NCBI GenBank assembly: GCA_001643675.2
Contig: LSRY02000039.1
Span: 868,001-932,000, forward strand
Direction of reading: 5' to 3'
DNA length: 64,000 bases
Source of the DNA: Monocercomonoides exilis PA203
Taxonomy: Eukaryota; Protista; Preaxostyla
A program made the position numbers and the translations under genes. Positions 60,031 through 64,000 of the stretch are shown here, in pieces. Numbering within the stretch: position 1 is the first letter of the stretch; each line of letters opens with the position of its first letter. The notes below the pieces were generated by a model. That model made no database searches and was not told where the DNA came from. It worked only from the letters and a program-made list of their open reading frames with translations.

Positions 60031-61958
60031 TAATTTTCATTTAAATCTATCTTAATAATACTTACATATTTGTCATATCAAACTTTCATTTTCACGTCGA
60101 CTGAATATTTAAGAAATAATTTTTGAAATCTCGGATAAACTCAAAATCCCATTTCTTCGAGATTTCGAATTTTATTTCTTCTGAGCACAAATGAGACTGT
60201 TTTGAATGTTTTGCGTAGGCCTGGTTGACGGATTGAAAAACTGACGGTTGCGTCAGTCAGTGGAATATTTTCACATCAATTGGCTTTTTCTCTCTCTCTC
60301 TCTTGATTTTTGAGGCAATAAACACAATTTTTATTGAATTAAAATATTAATTATTTCAGAAAATAGCCATGCAATGTATTTCTTTTTTCAACAAAAGAAA
60401 GAAAATATTATGAACCATAATTCGAATAATACAGATTCTGAGAAATATCTTTTTGCAATTACACGCTTACAGTCAATGATAACTGATTGGTTTGCATATT
60501 GTTGTATTTACCTATTATCTGTAAATGTTCTTCTTTCAGGCAATCCAGTGGAAATTTTCGAAAATAAACAAAAAGTGGAACATCTTGTTTATCTGCATGA
60601 ATATCGAGTTTATTCAACAAATTCAAGAAGAAAGTTCACAGGATGAAGAAACTTGGAAGTGAAAACTGAGAATCAGATGATGAAACATAAGAAAAAGGAA
60701 GGAATAATGAAATTGATAAAGAAAACAGTTGCCAATGGATAAAAAACAGAAAATTTGCTTATAGAAATGTTTTGAAGGTTTGATATTGTTATTATTTTTT
60801 TACAAGTGATTATAATTATTTTATTCAGATGCTGAAAGAGAGAAGGAGTGGATGGCTTTGAAGAAGAAGAAAAGCAAAGAAGAAAAATGAAATGAAGATT
60901 GATGAAATTAAAGATAAATCGAAGATGCCTTCCATTGGGCTTTGGCGAAGAATTATTTTTGAGGAAAGATGATTTTTTTGTGAAAGAAGTGGAAGTGAAA
61001 GAAGAAGGCATGGAATGAAAAAGGGAACGCTCAATTTTTCATATTTTTTGATGGAAAGAGAGAAAGAGATTAAGTTGAAAGTGAAAATTGTTCAGAGATT
61101 TCTCCTTTGCAGAAGAAGACAAAATCCAGAAGAAGAGAATTTCGATGAATTTCTCCGTTGACATCAATTGACTCTCATCTTCTCAATTTTCAACTATTAA
61201 TCATCTCATTAAAAACATTCATCATCATCATTGTCTTCTGGATCTTCTTTCAATATATCATCAACAATTCACACAATTTTTTCTTCTTTTTCTTCTTCTT
61301 CTTCTTTTGTTAATTTGACATGTCTGTTTTCAATTGAGTTATGGAATTATCTCCGGAATAAATTGAACGTACACGAACGATGGAATTTTTTTTTGGTAAT
61401 TTTTTGCTGAATTATTTGCAGAAGAAGAAGAAGAAGAAGAAGAAGAAGAAGGAAGAGGAGAGCAAGGAAAAGAAGAAGAACATGAAGCTGGTTGAGAGCT
61501 TGCCACCAACTGCGGAATGTGCTTTACAGAGCGAGAAAAAGAGAAATGCTACCAGGGAGACTCAAACGAGATAGGAGGAACTTAGTCCATGCCACTTGAC
61601 TCAGAGAACAGCTTTGTATCTCTTTCTGCTGCATTCGGTGTTCTGCAGCTTGTTATTTCAACATGGAACAATGAATGACTCTTATGCTTATGTGAGTGTA
61701 TGCTTCATTGTAACTTGCACAATCTTCACAATCCTTTCAAATGGCAAATGAATGTTCGACCTCTTCTTCTCCTTCTCCTTCTCATTCTCTCTTTGCATCG
61801 TCCATCCCAGCTTCCACTTCTCCGCATCAATTTCTATATTACTCATTCTCTCTCTCAGCTGAATGTGCTCAAACGGATTAAAACCACAACGGAAGACAAG
61901 TGCACAAAGGGCAAAAAGCAACAGGAAAGCGAGCAACTAAAGAATTTGGCAGAGAAAA

Positions 61959-62774
61959 TTACACATACGAAGAGGAATACGAAGAAGAAGGGAAAGAGGA
62001 GGTGGAAGAGCTGGTTGTTTGTGGAAAAGCATCAGGAAAGAGATGGGAATGAGCACAAGGCGAGCCAACAACGAACGAATAAGATGAAGAAGCCAATGGA
62101 GATATTGTATTATAATTGGAGAGAGAAGGCGACAGATCTGAAATTGCTGAAAAAGAGAAAGAAGAAGATACGCAAAGGGGAGGAGAGGAAGATGAAAGCG
62201 AATAAGAGCCATTGGAATTCCTGTTTTGAACAATCTCATCAATTGAAGTGGAAGCATTGAAGAAGAGAGAAGAGCCACGGCTTGACAGATCAGGTGCTGC
62301 ATTTGGAGAGTGAAGCGGGGTTGATGCAAAAGGCAGCTGAAACGCACAGCCTTGGAATTCGACTGATGAATTGAGAAGAAACGAAGAAAAGGAAAAAGAT
62401 GAAGAAGGATATGACAATGATGGCGATGATGATTTATCACTAGAGTCATTCTTTTGTTTCATTTCTTCTTTTTCTTCAACACTTCTTTCATCATCTGTTG
62501 TAGTGCTTTCATCCGTTCCAATGGGAATGATGTCTGATGTGATGAGTGCTGCCCTCAAAAGCGACAGGTCGTCTCTGCCGAGGCAGAAGCAGTTGTTGAT
62601 GGAGAACAGCACGGCATCTAATAGCTGGTTGTCAGAAACAAGATGGATGACCGGCTGTGGGATGAGGGAAAACATAGCAACGATCTGTGGTGGGTGTGGG
62701 AAAGGACGATAGCTCCGTTGGGAAAGAAGTGAGTGAAAAAGAAGAAGATGGCGAAGAAGGAAAAGAAGTTGCAA
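61959..62774 (-). other. Possible coding fragment of unknown function, Ser-rich
   Basis: 271-codon open frame with exon-like composition; no recognisable domain, start or exon chain. Confidence 0.3.
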
Positions 62775-63218
62775 TTGAAGAGGAAATATCAGTGAAGCGT
62801 TAAAATAAAAAAAAAATCAGCAAGCAAGAATGGAATTCAGAAAGCATAGAGATATGCACAAAGCCGTGGAGAAGACAGAATGCAAGGCAAACATAATATG
62901 TTGGAAGTTATGACAACGTTTCGAACATTTTCACACAACAGAAGTGAGATTTGAGTGAAAGAGAAGGAAAATCAATTCATTTTTTTTTCTTGTTGACGTT
63001 CATAGTGAATATTGCATTCAGTTTCCTCTTTCAGATGTTCTTCTTTTTATTTTCTCATTGATATTAACGCTTTTCAAGAACTATTTTCAAATATGCAGTT
63101 TATTCATGAAAATATTGATTGATGATTTTTGAAAAAATCAAAAAAGAAAACAGATGATTTATTGTTTTTTTTAAATTTATCGAAAGTATTGTGAAACGAA
63201 AATACTTTTGTGAAAAGG

Positions 63219-63830
63219 CTAAATAGTTAAAAAATCATTTAGAGCTTCTGATGATAGGGAATGCCTTCTGTCACCAGAGATCCTTTTCATCCTTGAAAAG
63301 ATACGTTCGCAGCTTTATTCGCTACATGGAGACGAAACCAATGAAAAACAGATGTTTTTGTATATTGTTTGAATAGGTCCTTTCTTTGTAATCTCTGTGT
63401 AGAACTTTTGTATGTAGTCTTCAAATATGAAAATTTGTGCTTCATTCAAAAAATCCAGAAACAGCTTGAAACATAAATCCCTGATCTCTTTTGATTGATT
63501 CGACAAAATTGTCACAACGAATCTGTCAACACTTTGTCCAATTCGTGTATCCCAGCAAGATGATAAGGAGCACACCACTTGATCGCAAACTTCTTTCTCT
63601 TTTCTGGTTCCAGTTGGGAAGTAAAATTGATCTTCTGGTTTGAAAACAGCACCTCCACATCATCTTCTCCACATTCTATTTCATCAGTTCCGTCTTCCAT
63701 TGCATCTTCAATTAAGTCATGAGAATTATCAAAGAAAAATGTGATATGAGAATATGTCAAACATGTCGAAGAAAAACTACCAAAAGAAGAGCACGAGGAA
63801 GTTGTTGAAGGAAACGAAAAAGACTCATGA
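63219..63830 (-). mobile_element. Inactive hAT-superfamily transposase remnant (C-terminal dimerisation region)
   Basis: Reading through the TAA at 63315-63317 gives LVSSPCSE*SCERIFSRMKRISGDRRHSLSSEALNDFL, the hAT P.S....ER.FS.......RR..L signature. Frameshifts upstream; 5' limit uncertain. Confidence 0.8.
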
Positions 63831-64000
63831 ATGCTTTCATCTTTTTTCTTTTCGCTTTATTTTGTTAATCCGGTCATTTGAAGATACACTTCAAAGTGTG
63901 TTTTAGCTATTCAAAGTGAATAAATCAATCAAAAAACGATGCATTTAATATGTTTATCCATAAAGGCATTATGAAATTCACTCAAATGATTTTAACATTC

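Overview
AT-rich eukaryotic (protist) genomic DNA with short GT-AG introns, Ser/Glu-rich low-complexity proteins and microsatellites, using the standard genetic code. The gene families and composition resemble an oxymonad such as Monocercomonoides (inference, not checked by search). Contents in order: two paralogs of a lineage-specific family flanking a decayed PNKP pseudogene; a giant GGA-repeat surface receptor with a remnant kinase C-lobe; a ~1.1-kb palindrome with a 349-bp perfect core; a 12-exon Rab-GDI-like gene spliced in frame to a ~1,880-aa acidic tail carrying Phe motifs; a pseudokinase-HECT ligase; a small coiled-coil gene; two hairpin/MITE-like elements; a second GGA-repeat membrane protein; a hypothetical gene; a TmcB/C-like polytopic membrane protein ending in a hemerythrin-like domain that lacks the O2-site histidines; a Vps55-like gene missed by the ORF track; an LRR gene; and dead IS1595/Merlin-type and hAT transposases. 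The best candidates for new biology are the Tmc-hemerythrin putative sensor and the GDI-giant-tail fusion. All family calls come from motifs recognised by eye.
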